Assembly: GCA_009838195.1 (NCBI GenBank)
Contig: VXSC01000002.1
Location: 4,456-68,455, forward strand
Direction of reading: 5' to 3'
DNA from: Rhodothermaceae bacterium
GTDB lineage: Bacteria; Bacteroidota; Rhodothermia; Rhodothermales; Bin80
Length of the DNA stretch: 64,000 nt
Shown piece by piece: positions 18,906 through 28,301 of the stretch (position 1 is the first letter of the stretch; every line of letters begins with the position of its first letter). A program made the position numbers and the translations under genes. The notes beneath the pieces are model-generated. The model had not been told where the DNA came from. It searched no databases and saw only the letters and a list, made by a program, of their open reading frames with translations.

Positions 18906-19603
18906 TGGATCAGGATTTAGCCAAGAGACGGGCTGGTGAAGAAGCCGCTCGTCACGTGGAGCATGGCATGACCATTGGGCTTGGCACGGGTTCAACCACA
19001 GCGTTTGCGCTTGCTGCCATCGGAAAGAGGATTCTCGAAGATGGTTTGCAAGTCAGAGGGATCCCCACTTCCAGCTCGGCCGAGCTGGAAGCACGAAAAC
19101 ATGGAATTCCCGTTTGTACGTTTGATGATGTGCAAGGGAAACTGGATATTGCTTTTGACGGTGCAGACGAGGTAAGTCCAGAACTTGATTTAATCAAAGG
19201 AAGGGGGGCGGCACACACGCGTGAGAAAATTGTTGCCAGCCAAGCCAGCCGATTCGTGATCTTGGTGGATCCTTCCAAACTAGTGAAGCAACTAGGTACG
19301 ACAGCGCCCGTACCGATTGAGATCATTCCACTTGCAGCACCGGTTATTTTGCGTACGCTCCAGCACATGGGGGCCCGTGCATCGATACGTTTGGGGTTAC
19401 GTAAAGATGGCCCCATCGTTACGGATCAGGGGTTCTGGGTGATTGATGCTGAGTTTCCCCCGATTGACAATCCGGCGGGACTTAGTCGTGAATTGTTAGA
19501 CTTGCCAGGCGTTCTGGACCATGGATTGTTTGTTGGTCTTGCAACCGAAGTGATTGTAGGCACAGAGTCTGGCGTTGATGTGATTCAGCGCCAGAGTAGT
19601 TAG
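18905..19603 (+). CDS. rpiA: Ribose-5-phosphate isomerase A
   Basis: 232 aa carrying GLGTGSTTAF, FDGADEV and KGRGAAHTREKIV. The ATG overlaps the stop of the upstream permease. Confidence 0.9.
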   Translation: MDQDLAKRRAGEEAARHVEHGMTIGLGTGSTTAFALAAIGKRILEDGLQVRGIPTSSSAELEARKHGIPVCTFDDVQGKLDIAFDGADEVSPELDLIKGRGAAHTREKIVASQASRFVILVDPSKLVKQLGTTAPVPIEIIPLAAPVILRTLQHMGARASIRLGLRKDGPIVTDQGFWVIDAEFPPIDNPAGLSRELLDLPGVLDHGLFVGLATEVIVGTESGVDVIQRQSS

Positions 19604-19694
19604 GAGAAGAGGCTACCAGTTCTTGCTGAATCCTACATTAATGAGTCCACTCGTCAAGCAGGTCGATGTCTAGATGGAGGCACAAAGTGCCGAC

Positions 19695-20366
19695 TCAGGT
19701 CAATAGGAAGACAAAGGTTAAGGAGGTAATGACATTGACGGGAGTGCCATTGAGTTGACCAGGTAAAAAGCGCGCTAATTGGACTGCCCGTAAAACCTCT
19801 TCATCGCACCCTGCGCCCAGGCCCTGGGTCACTGTAGGGAAGCGGACATATCCATTTTCATCAATAATGAAGGCGACTGTCACACGTCCTTCGAGGCTTG
19901 CCCGCCTCGCTCGTTCAGGATACTGAATCTCGTTAACTAGGCTTTCCATGCTGCCGAGGAGGATCGGGATCTGGTCTAGAAAATCAGATAGGTCCGGCAG
20001 ATTTTCGTTTCCACGAAAAGATACGGGCATCGTCATTTCTACGCTGGCAGGCTGGGATTCAACGTGTCGGGGAGCGAAGCGAACATATTGGAGGGCTTGG
20101 ATCGCTTTCTGTTTGATAACCTCCTCCGTATCCTGAGTAACAACGGGGTTCACGACCTGTCCGCTTTGATCCACAACAAAGGATACGAACACATGCTGAT
20201 TATCTGCCCCGTTGTGTGTGATTTGCTGGATGTTCTCCACCATACTGATCAGTTTTGGAGGCTTCATATCAACATGGGGAGGTTCATGCAACGTCGATTG
20301 AGGCGCGATACATGCGTTGACACTGAGGCCAATGAGGATATAAAACAGTACAGTGATACGGGTCAT
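19695..20366 (-). CDS. Lipoprotein with two TonB C-terminal-like domains
   Basis: Start trimmed to MTRITVLFYILIGLSVNAC (lipobox). Domain 2 carries YPERARRASLEGRVTVAFIIDENGYV ... GCDEEVLRAV. Domain 1 is more degenerate (VFVSFVVDQSGQVVNP). Confidence 0.6.
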   Translation of the reverse strand: MTRITVLFYILIGLSVNACIAPQSTLHEPPHVDMKPPKLISMVENIQQITHNGADNQHVFVSFVVDQSGQVVNPVVTQDTEEVIKQKAIQALQYVRFAPRHVESQPASVEMTMPVSFRGNENLPDLSDFLDQIPILLGSMESLVNEIQYPERARRASLEGRVTVAFIIDENGYVRFPTVTQGLGAGCDEEVLRAVQLARFLPGQLNGTPVNVITSLTFVFLLT

Positions 20367-20411
20367 GATACACTCGATTTCAGCGGGCTGGCTCAAGCCA
20401 TATGGATCAAG

Positions 20412-20453
20412 TTTTACATTTTAGTAACATTAACTTTACATTAAGATAACATA
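20412..20453 (-). promoter_or_regulatory. Four 11-bp-phased (T/A)ACAT(T/A) repeats upstream of the first TonB-C lipoprotein gene
   Basis: ACATT occurs at 20416, 20427 and 20438 and ACATA at 20449, an exact 11-bp period. The repeats lie 46-87 nt upstream of ATG 20366 in an AT-rich stretch. Confidence 0.4.
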
Positions 20454-20660
20454 TTTCTGGAAATATATCCAGGAGACTTGTCGAATGCCAGTGCTTGACC
20501 AAGAACAATTCGTCTAGAATGGAGGTTTGGTGGCCTCGTGGGAGTCCTGTGCGGCACCGCAATCCGGGCGTTTTTCCAGATTGATAAAGAGGGGGGGCTC
20601 GGTTCAGGGCCCGAGCTTAGCCCGCTTCGTTAGGCATATTCCGCGGAAGAGTAAAATGGT

Positions 20661-21134
20661 TCAGCGTCGCCGAACTATAACCGGGAGACGCATCTTCACC
20701 TTAATGGCGTTACCATCTTTGTCACGTCCAGGAGTGAATTTTGCTTCCTCAGTCACGAGCCTGATTACTTCCTTATCACAGCGCCTACTGGTACTCTGAA
20801 CAATTGAAGGTTCCAGTACATTTCCATTTTCGTCCACAATAAACTCCACAACTGTTCTCCCACGGACACGGCATTCTCCAAACTTTTGCCGCCAGAACAG
20901 AGCTTCAATTCCCCCAATCAACTCGGGCATTACATCAATATTTGCTTCGTCTGCTATTTCATTCTCATCAATTTGAGATCTGGTCTCACTGGTTTGAGAG
21001 ACAGTCTCATCAATTTGATATGTGGAATCACTAATTTGAGAGACAGTCTCGTCAAATTCAGGTACGGTGGGTTGAGACGTACCGCAGGCACAAGTACCAA
21101 CCAGGATAGAAAGTAGGAGGAGAGTGCGGGTCAT
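20661..21134 (-). CDS. Lipoprotein with a single TonB C-terminal-like domain
   Basis: Start trimmed to MTRTLLLLSILVGTCAC. The linker holds a tandem 14-aa repeat (DETVSQISDSTYQI / DETVSQTSETRSQI). The C-terminus reads MPELIGGIEAL ... VDENGNVLEP ... CDKEVIRLVTEEAKFTPG. Confidence 0.6.
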   Translation of the reverse strand: MTRTLLLLSILVGTCACGTSQPTVPEFDETVSQISDSTYQIDETVSQTSETRSQIDENEIADEANIDVMPELIGGIEALFWRQKFGECRVRGRTVVEFIVDENGNVLEPSIVQSTSRRCDKEVIRLVTEEAKFTPGRDKDGNAIKVKMRLPVIVRRR

Positions 21135-21181
21135 GACACATAAAGGGAATTTCTGCTTCAAGCTCTGTTGAAGTTTACAGA

Positions 21182-21571
21182 TCAACGCTTCTTGAATACG
21201 ATCGGAAGAGACATGGTAAACTTTATCAGACGTCCGTGTTGTTGTCCAGGAATGAATTTAGCATGTTCAGTCATGACTCTGATTGCTTCCCGATCGCAAT
21301 CATCCCCAAGACTATTTTGGACCCGAGGTTCAATCACGTTGCCATTTTCATCTACGTCAAATATGACAAGGACCCTACCATCATAAGGGCATACTCGTTG
21401 GTTAACATGCCGCTGCAGCCCTCCAATACCTCCAATCAACTCAGGCATTTTATCGCGGAGTTCATCACCTTCAAGCACCTCGCTATCATTAGTTGTAGAC
21501 ACAACGGTTTGAGGCGTGCTGCAGGCACTGGTACCAACCAGGATAGAGAATAGGAGAAGGACTCGAGTCAT
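21182..21571 (-). CDS. Lipoprotein with a single TonB C-terminal-like domain
   Basis: Start trimmed to MTRVLLLFSILVGTSAC. The C-terminus reads MPELIGGIGGLQ ... VDENGNVIEP ... CDREAIRVMTEHAKFIPG ... SLPIVFKKR, nearly colinear with the TonB C-terminus. Confidence 0.6.
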   Translation of the reverse strand: MTRVLLLFSILVGTSACSTPQTVVSTTNDSEVLEGDELRDKMPELIGGIGGLQRHVNQRVCPYDGRVLVIFDVDENGNVIEPRVQNSLGDDCDREAIRVMTEHAKFIPGQQHGRLIKFTMSLPIVFKKR

Positions 21572-21749
21572 GGTACGCAAAGGAAGTTTCCACTTCAAAC
21601 TCTATTGGAATTCTCTGATCACCGTAGGTTCCCACACCATAATCCTTTTCTGCCTTTGATTATCGCCCCAGTGTAGAGCGCGGGCTGCAATGAGTTGGTC
21701 AATCCATGGCGATTTCCACCAGGAAAAGACTCTGGTCAGTATCAACAAT

Positions 21750-21788
21750 AAAAAATGCCCTGCGCCTCAGACAGGCACAGGGCATTTT
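21750..21788 (-). terminator. Rho-independent terminator after tonB
   Basis: A 14-bp stem (21754-21767 pairs with 21773-21786, one mismatch) closes a 5-nt loop. On the minus strand the stem is followed by TTTTTTATT. It lies 22 nt beyond the tonB stop. Confidence 0.75.
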
Positions 21789-21809
21789 CCTTAAGAAGGA
21801 GTTTGCGGA

Positions 21810-22475
21810 TCAGCGCAACTTGAACACGATCGGAAGAGACATTTTTACCTTTACCGGGCGTCCACGCTGCCGTCCAGGGATGAACTTGGCATGTTCAGTG
21901 ATTACTCTGATTGCTTCCTGATCGCAACCACCCCCAATGCCACGCGAGACCACTGGTTCACTCACATTGCCATTTTCATCTACGACAAACTGTACAATTA
22001 CTCTACCCTCAACATTGGCCTTGCGGGCGATTTCTGGATACTTTGCCATGGCCTGTAGACCACCGATGCCTCCGATCAACTCAGGCATCTGCTCGACAAT
22101 CTCAAAGATCTCGGGCTCTTCAACCACCTCTTCCTCATCCGGTGGAGGAGGCGGTGGAGGTACATTGATAGGAGCGTCCAGGTCCAGTGAAGCATCAAGA
22201 TCCAAATCGTCGTCTTCCAGAATCTCATCATTCGGGACCTCGACTGGAACGGGTGGACGTGGTGGTGGTGGTGGTTTTTGAATCTGCTTGGTTTGCAAGA
22301 TTTCTTCCATTTGGACAACTTCCTGCTCAACTTGCTCGATCTCCATCCCCTCTCCACGTTCCAGATTCGCGTTGAATGCAAGAATGAGCAGCAGGAGTGA
22401 GACGATCATACCAACCTGCACGAAGAAACCATAAGTTCTTTTCAGGTCAGCTGATGGAGTTTTACGTAATGCCAT
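21810..22475 (-). CDS. tonB: Energy transducer TonB
   Basis: 221 aa with an N-terminal TM anchor (FFVQVGMIVSLLLLILAF). Proline-rich rod segments are present (KPPPPPRPPVPVEVP, PPPPPPPDEEE). The C-terminal domain reads YPEIARKANVEGRVIVQFVVDENGNV. Confidence 0.8.
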   Translation of the reverse strand: MALRKTPSADLKRTYGFFVQVGMIVSLLLLILAFNANLERGEGMEIEQVEQEVVQMEEILQTKQIQKPPPPPRPPVPVEVPNDEILEDDDLDLDASLDLDAPINVPPPPPPPDEEEVVEEPEIFEIVEQMPELIGGIGGLQAMAKYPEIARKANVEGRVIVQFVVDENGNVSEPVVSRGIGGGCDQEAIRVITEHAKFIPGRQRGRPVKVKMSLPIVFKLR

Positions 22476-22590
22476 GATTCACCGGGTTTTGCAGTTAATA
22501 GGTAATACGTTACGAATATACGTAAACAAACATACACAAACGAATGTCACATGATCCTACGTTAATGAAAAAAATCTGGTTCCCACAGAA

Positions 22591-24192
22591 TTATTTTTTT
22601 CTCAACGAAGTAAGTGCAGTGACGACACTGTCAATCATATCCCCCGCAATCATCGTGCCGGGATGATGTTTACGGGAATATTGATCTGCTGTTAGTCCCC
22701 CGATATGGCATGCAGAGATGGCCGCTGTTGGTGCAGCACAACCCTGTGCAAGCAGACCTCCGCATAAGCCAGCCAAAACATCCCCTGTCCCTGCTGTGGC
22801 AAGAGAAGGATTCCCTCTTCCACACACGAAGGCTGCCTCCTGGCCGTGGCAGACAATCGTTGGATGACCTTTGAGTACAAGTGTACAATTCCATCGGGAT
22901 GACCAGTGACGCGCTGAATCAAGTCGATCGAGCTTCCCGGATTCTGAGCCCATGCGCTCAAATTCCCCTGCATGGGGGGTAAGAATCCAGTTCCTTTCCT
23001 GATTGGAGGTATTCAGTAGCTGCGCCGCAGTGGAGAGGGCATCTGCATCTACGACCACCGGCATCGCACATGATTGCAAGATTGCCTGTACGAAGCGCTG
23101 GGTATTGGGGTGTCTACCTAACCCGGGGCCAATGACCAACGCATTCGCTTTCGCAAGCCATGGTTGTAGTGCAGTCATTGCATCATCGGGTTCAATTCCA
23201 CCGTCTGGGCACTCGGCTAAGCGGATTGCCGGGATTTCGGTCATCGTAGCCGCCAGAATACTCTGGATACTCTCTGGTACAGCACAGGCTACATAGCCTG
23301 CACCAACACGTGCAGCGGCGCGTGCAGCCAGCATGGGGGCACCGGAAAGTCCTGGGGATCCCCCGATCACCAGAACCATTCCTGCACTGTATTTATGGGC
23401 CTGTAAATCTCGAGTCGGCAGATAAGATGAGATCGCTGTATCTGTTGAAATCCAATTTATGTCAGACTTAGTCTTGTTCAGGATCGCAGACAGTGGCAGC
23501 CCAATATGCATCAGTTCGATTTTGCCCGAGTATGCCGGTCCCTGTCCAAACAGTAGTCCCGGCTTGTATGCACTAAAGGTGATCGTTAAGTCAGCACGCA
23601 CCGCTCCGCCGAGCGGAGATCCCGTATCCGCATGCAGTCCGGAGGGCAGATCAAGGGCAACCACAGGTGGATTGGTCGTATTCAGTGCATCAACCAAGTT
23701 CACGACATCACCCTGTAGGGGTCGATTCAGCCCCACTCCCAATAGTGCATCGATATACAGATCTGCTGGAGGGAGTGGTTTGTGAGGATTATCGTCAAAC
23801 TGGAGCCGGTCTGATTTGTCAAGCTCTTTCAATTTTCGGAGGAAACTCCAATTTTGTTTGGCTTCCGGCGTGGAGGGAGGTTTTAAGGAAACAACATAGA
23901 CAAAGGCACCTTGGTTGTAAAGAGTGCGTGCAATAACGTACCCATCCCCACCATTATTCCCGCTTCCGCAGCATACGACGACCTTGCGTCCATGCATCGG
24001 GCCATACTCACGTTCAATCGCGAATGCTGCACTTCTACCCGCATTTTCCATAAGTGTTAATGCAGAGAACCCAAACGATTCAATTGCCAATTGATCGAAT
24101 TTTTGCTGCATATTGCCACGTAATAGTGGCAGAAAACCTGCAGAGAGAGGATCTGATGTTAGCGGGGTCCTGTTTGTAACCTGAGCTTCCAT
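22591..24192 (-). CDS. nnr: Bifunctional NAD(P)H-hydrate repair enzyme (epimerase/dehydratase)
   Basis: 533 aa. The N-terminal YjeF_N part carries CGSGNNGGDGYV. The C-terminal carbohydrate-kinase-like part carries GGSPGLSGAPMLAA, TPHAGEF and GTGDVLAG. Confidence 0.9.
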   Translation of the reverse strand: MEAQVTNRTPLTSDPLSAGFLPLLRGNMQQKFDQLAIESFGFSALTLMENAGRSAAFAIEREYGPMHGRKVVVCCGSGNNGGDGYVIARTLYNQGAFVYVVSLKPPSTPEAKQNWSFLRKLKELDKSDRLQFDDNPHKPLPPADLYIDALLGVGLNRPLQGDVVNLVDALNTTNPPVVALDLPSGLHADTGSPLGGAVRADLTITFSAYKPGLLFGQGPAYSGKIELMHIGLPLSAILNKTKSDINWISTDTAISSYLPTRDLQAHKYSAGMVLVIGGSPGLSGAPMLAARAAARVGAGYVACAVPESIQSILAATMTEIPAIRLAECPDGGIEPDDAMTALQPWLAKANALVIGPGLGRHPNTQRFVQAILQSCAMPVVVDADALSTAAQLLNTSNQERNWILTPHAGEFERMGSESGKLDRLDSARHWSSRWNCTLVLKGHPTIVCHGQEAAFVCGRGNPSLATAGTGDVLAGLCGGLLAQGCAAPTAAISACHIGGLTADQYSRKHHPGTMIAGDMIDSVVTALTSLRKK

Positions 24193-24198
24193 AAGACT

Positions 24199-25854
24199 TT
24201 ACTGATCAGTCGTGGGGAAAGACTTTTGAATAGATTGACCGATTCTGAGTATATCGGGTAATGCAGTGTCCCAGCGGGGACGAATGGTTATGGGCTCGGA
24301 TGTCCAAGTGACCGGCTCAATAGCCTGGTACGGATCAATTAAACCGCCATCCCAGTGACCATTCCGATTTCGATCAATGAACGCACGCAATCGATAGCTG
24401 TTTTCCGGGAGATTGTCAAAAATAAAGGCTCCCTCTGAATCTGGTGACTTAGCAGCCAGTATCTGACCGTCCGTATTCATGAGTGTGACCAACACACTAT
24501 CTCCGGCTGGAATTGTCACGCCACTTAAACTCCCCAAAGATCGAGGCCCCAGCCTTTCAAAAAACCGTACATAGGTGCTGTCGGGTTGCCGTACAGCAAC
24601 CCGGTAGATCTGGGTTGGGTCATTCAGGGATATTAAGGAATAACCAGTTCCGTTTAACGTCTGGATTTCATAATTTACTGGGGTACCGGTTGAATCCTGA
24701 ACGCTCAACAGACTGTCCAGGAGCGATGCTCCGATTGGTTGGTCAAAAACGATTTGAGGCGTTTCCCAAGGGGCCAGTTTATATGGATTTTCTGTGCTAC
24801 TTGGCAGGAATCGCTCAAATTTTGGTTCATCTGTGGTTACACCTGAGGAGCCCATGAAATAGATCGTGTCCAGACGCACAGTATTTCCACTGGAGTCTTG
24901 TATGGAGGGATCAGGGAGAAGGGCATAGGGTTTTTCCTGAAGCGGATCCACGGCTAGGTAGACCATGCGTGAGTTTGATTCCGACTGATAACTGGAATAA
25001 ACCATTGCAGGAGCACGGCTGACCGAATCCATGATACTCCAAGGTTCACCGGTCGGGTTTTGTAGGAAGACGTTTTCGCTGAAGCGAATTTCTACGAGTT
25101 GGTTTGCAGTGGCACGTACTCTCTCAATGGATGGCCCAAGAGTGTCTACTTTTGTATACACCCAGTCCGCGTACTGGCTACTTGTATCCGGCGTTGCCCT
25201 AATCGCTTCAACGGGGGGGACAGCAAACCATTCCCCTTGGTCGGCTCTCAGATTACGATTCAGATCCCGTAATCCGAGAACGAAGAAATCTGATTCTCGG
25301 ACATAACTGAATTCAAATTTCCCTTCGGTATCCGTTTGCGTTTGATATGCCGGAGCTTGGTTGGTTGCGGCTTGAGATGGATAGGCAAGAACCATTAGGC
25401 CAGCAACCGGCAAGCCTTGTACATGATCAACGATTCGGCCACGCAACCGTCCCTGATCGATCACCGGTCCAGTAGCGAACGCAAAAGATAGCGGGCTTGT
25501 GAGCCGGACCCCCCGCCAATCCCTGAACTCATCATCAAGAGTGACCACATAGGTGGTGGAGTCTCTCAGTGGTTCCGGCAGCTGTATCGTTACAGACTGC
25601 CGTCGCCATCTATACCGGAGTCTGCCCTGTGGAGTCGGGACGATGGACAGAGCGCGTGCAAAGGATCCCTCATTTACGTACTCTGAAAAAACAAGCCGAA
25701 GCTCAGTAGGAGATACCTCTACCGATTCATGTGGAGGATCTGTTGAGACAAGAGAGGGTGGAACATCATCGCGTGGACCACCTGTTGGCGGGCGTGGGTC
25801 TGCACAGCTACAGATCAGCAGAAAACTCACGAAGGCAATCTTACGAGTCAGCAC
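24199..25854 (-). CDS. Ig-like (SbsA/Big_5-type) domain lipoprotein
   Basis: 551 aa with a lipobox (LLICSCADP). The N-terminal block reads DDVPPSLVSTDPPHESVEVSPTELRLVFSEYV, and the rest is beta-rich. Confidence 0.5.
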   Translation of the reverse strand: MLTRKIAFVSFLLICSCADPRPPTGGPRDDVPPSLVSTDPPHESVEVSPTELRLVFSEYVNEGSFARALSIVPTPQGRLRYRWRRQSVTIQLPEPLRDSTTYVVTLDDEFRDWRGVRLTSPLSFAFATGPVIDQGRLRGRIVDHVQGLPVAGLMVLAYPSQAATNQAPAYQTQTDTEGKFEFSYVRESDFFVLGLRDLNRNLRADQGEWFAVPPVEAIRATPDTSSQYADWVYTKVDTLGPSIERVRATANQLVEIRFSENVFLQNPTGEPWSIMDSVSRAPAMVYSSYQSESNSRMVYLAVDPLQEKPYALLPDPSIQDSSGNTVRLDTIYFMGSSGVTTDEPKFERFLPSSTENPYKLAPWETPQIVFDQPIGASLLDSLLSVQDSTGTPVNYEIQTLNGTGYSLISLNDPTQIYRVAVRQPDSTYVRFFERLGPRSLGSLSGVTIPAGDSVLVTLMNTDGQILAAKSPDSEGAFIFDNLPENSYRLRAFIDRNRNGHWDGGLIDPYQAIEPVTWTSEPITIRPRWDTALPDILRIGQSIQKSFPTTDQ

Positions 25855-26443
25855 TATTGTTTCGCAGATTGAAGAAGAGGAATGCAGCGAGTCCGGTCGC
25901 TGCAGCTATGATTACCGGCTCCAGATTGCGACGGACCCAGCGATCCCGGGGAGGCTCCGCCTGAGTTTCAGGATAGGCGGGCGATTCCAGATCAGGGATC
26001 ATGCCCTTTCGGATTTGATCCGAGAACAGGTTCTGGCAGGTGTCTTGAGCGAGAATCTCACCATTTATTCCCAAAAACGTGTACTGTAGATCCAGTTCTG
26101 CTGAGCGCGAGAATGTCTTGCGTCGGACACGCGTATAGGAGATTGTCGACTTGGACACTTCCCAGGAGAGCAGAAAAGGGGAGGTTGGGTTACGCAGAGA
26201 ATCAGCTAAGAAAAGGGTCTTATCCTGTTGATGCCAACGATTGATCAGAGCATTGGTCACATAAGGTAGAGTAGCCGGTGGAGACAGAATCAGAGAATCC
26301 ACTTCCATGGGAACAGACTCCAGGCATGCAACACCAAGGTTTTCGAATACTTGCATATTCGTAAGCAACTCTTGAGCAGAAGCGGATGTGATCGAACAAA
26401 GCCCCCACCAGCCTGCAAGCAACAAAGCCAGGGAGTGTTTCAT
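25841..26443 (-). CDS. Hypothetical exported protein with C-terminal membrane anchor
   Basis: 200 aa with a signal peptide (LLLAGWWGLCSITSASAQ) and a C-terminal TM (PVIIAAATGLAAFLFF). It overlaps both neighbours (by 14 nt and 4 nt). Confidence 0.5.
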   Translation of the reverse strand: MKHSLALLLAGWWGLCSITSASAQELLTNMQVFENLGVACLESVPMEVDSLILSPPATLPYVTNALINRWHQQDKTLFLADSLRNPTSPFLLSWEVSKSTISYTRVRRKTFSRSAELDLQYTFLGINGEILAQDTCQNLFSDQIRKGMIPDLESPAYPETQAEPPRDRWVRRNLEPVIIAAATGLAAFLFFNLRNNSADS

Positions 26444-26940
26444 AACGAATCTTTGTGTAGTTCAGCGACTAGGTGTCGGGCTTCGGGAATGATCAACTTT
26501 TCCATTGCCAGTTCAACAGCTTTGGGAGATCCAGGAACCACAAAAATAATCAGACCGGCACATGTGCCGGCAATCGCCCGGGAGAGCATAGCTCTACTTC
26601 CAACCTGGTCCCAGGAGAGTACGCGGAAAAGTTCTCCGAATCCGGGCAATCTTTTGTCTAAAAGAGGGTGAATTGCCTCAAAAGTTTGATCTCTGTGACT
26701 TATACCGGTACCTCCACTCACGCAGACCACATCTGTGTTTCCGGATTGGGCGTGAATTGTCTCCCGTATAACATCTGGTTCGTCTGGAATAATACACTGT
26801 GAGGCAATCGTGTGTCCACTGTGTTGGACTAACCTAGCCATACATGCACCGCTCTTATCGGTCGCTTTTGTTCGCGTATCGCTCACTGTGATGAGTGTAA
26901 ATCGCAGTGTGGCAGGTGCGCCTGACTCATGAATACTCAT
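26440..26940 (-). CDS. moaB: MoaB/MogA-family molybdenum cofactor biosynthesis protein
   Basis: 166 aa carrying LITVSDTRT ... DKSG and VCVSGGTGISHRDQT ... PGSPKA. Confidence 0.7.
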   Translation of the reverse strand: MSIHESGAPATLRFTLITVSDTRTKATDKSGACMARLVQHSGHTIASQCIIPDEPDVIRETIHAQSGNTDVVCVSGGTGISHRDQTFEAIHPLLDKRLPGFGELFRVLSWDQVGSRAMLSRAIAGTCAGLIIFVVPGSPKAVELAMEKLIIPEARHLVAELHKDSL

Positions 26941-27171
26941 TGTTGGGGCTTATAGAAGGGAGCTACCCAAATGGATGGAAACTTGGTATCTCGCAACTTC
27001 GCTACTTCGTAGAAACGAACGTTGAGTCTTATTGCCAATAATCACCTGATAAATGATCATCATCACTTCCATACGAAAGATTAACCTGAATTCAAGTTTC
27101 CGAGCAATTGAATCGTTGCCGTAGCAATTCTCTTGTCCGGATCAACACAGGCTTGACCCCTCCCGACAAGT

Positions 27172-27912
27172 TCAAGATCTTTCATCAATTTTGATTATTG
27201 TCGTGACAGGATTGAATTTCCATTGATATTCCTCGTCAAGAACCGAGCAGTTAAAGTAATCGATTCCATGCTTTTGATCCTCACCACGAGAACTGTGAAT
27301 GTGGCCGAAGAACACTGCCTTCAACTTTGGGAGTTCTTGGCATCGGACGTACAGATCTTTGCTACCAAGGTAGTCACTCGGGTGAATATCCTGCGGTAGG
27401 ACGGGCCCGACCGTGTCGAGAATTGAGTACGGGGGGCCATGGCTTATTAGCACATCAGTCACGACGGGAAATTTATTTGTGTACGCAGACATGTCATATC
27501 CCTGAAAAAACCATGGCCCAAACGGTGGCGTATGAGGTAATCCCCAGATCCTGACACCCCCGTCCTCCTTAGAGCCAAATAGGGTTACACCGTCATTCAC
27601 TAAAAGGTGTACTCCTACCCCCTCCGTTTGTAACTGACATTTCATGGGCATGAATTCGCAAATCTGGTCATGATTGCCTGGAACCACTATAATTGCTCTG
27701 AACTGGTCTCTGACGACTGACAGTTCACGCAAAAACTTTCGCCATGACCGCGTGTGACTGTCATGGATCACGGACTTATACAGATGATTTGTTCTGCCAG
27801 CGGTGAAGTCTCCACAGTGAATGAGAATGTCACTTTCGCAATCCTTCAGCAGGTCTGGCAACGCGACTTGTCCATGCGTGTCACTGATAGCGGTTATGCT
27901 GAATTCAGGCAT
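27172..27912 (-). CDS. Metallophosphoesterase family protein
   Basis: 246 aa with the motif series ISDTHG, HCGDFT, PGNHD, SHGPP and FGHIH. Confidence 0.7.
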   Translation of the reverse strand: MPEFSITAISDTHGQVALPDLLKDCESDILIHCGDFTAGRTNHLYKSVIHDSHTRSWRKFLRELSVVRDQFRAIIVVPGNHDQICEFMPMKCQLQTEGVGVHLLVNDGVTLFGSKEDGGVRIWGLPHTPPFGPWFFQGYDMSAYTNKFPVVTDVLISHGPPYSILDTVGPVLPQDIHPSDYLGSKDLYVRCQELPKLKAVFFGHIHSSRGEDQKHGIDYFNCSVLDEEYQWKFNPVTTIIKIDERS

Positions 27913-27966
27913 TTTGTTTTGGTGTGATTAAGGTAAGGTGACAAATGGGATCGAATCAAGTCAAAG

Positions 27967-28227
27967 TCACTCACAGACACAAGCACCATCTTTTGGCTCT
28001 GGTGACTCACCAAACCATCGGGGAGGATCATACCCATGTTTTGCCCATGGATGACATCGTGCTACACGCCAAATGGCCAGCACCATCCCCTTCGGTACCC
28101 CATACTTATTTATGGCCTGTATCGCATAATTTGAGCACGAAGGCGTGTACCGACATGCGTTACGAAGATGCGGTGACAATATCAGTTGGTAGGCGCGTAT
28201 GGGTAGTATAAAAAATCGCCGTATCAT
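27967..28227 (-). CDS. yidD: Membrane protein insertion efficiency factor YidD
   Basis: 86 aa carrying [29 protein letters not shown] ... RCHPW..HGYDPP. Confidence 0.9.
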   Translation of the reverse strand: MIRRFFILPIRAYQLILSPHLRNACRYTPSCSNYAIQAINKYGVPKGMVLAIWRVARCHPWAKHGYDPPRWFGESPEPKDGACVCE

Positions 28228-28301
28228 GTATCAGTTGTACATTTTCCACCAATCCTACATTCTTTCCGTATAAAGGTCCCTATCAACGATACAGTGTTCC
28301 C

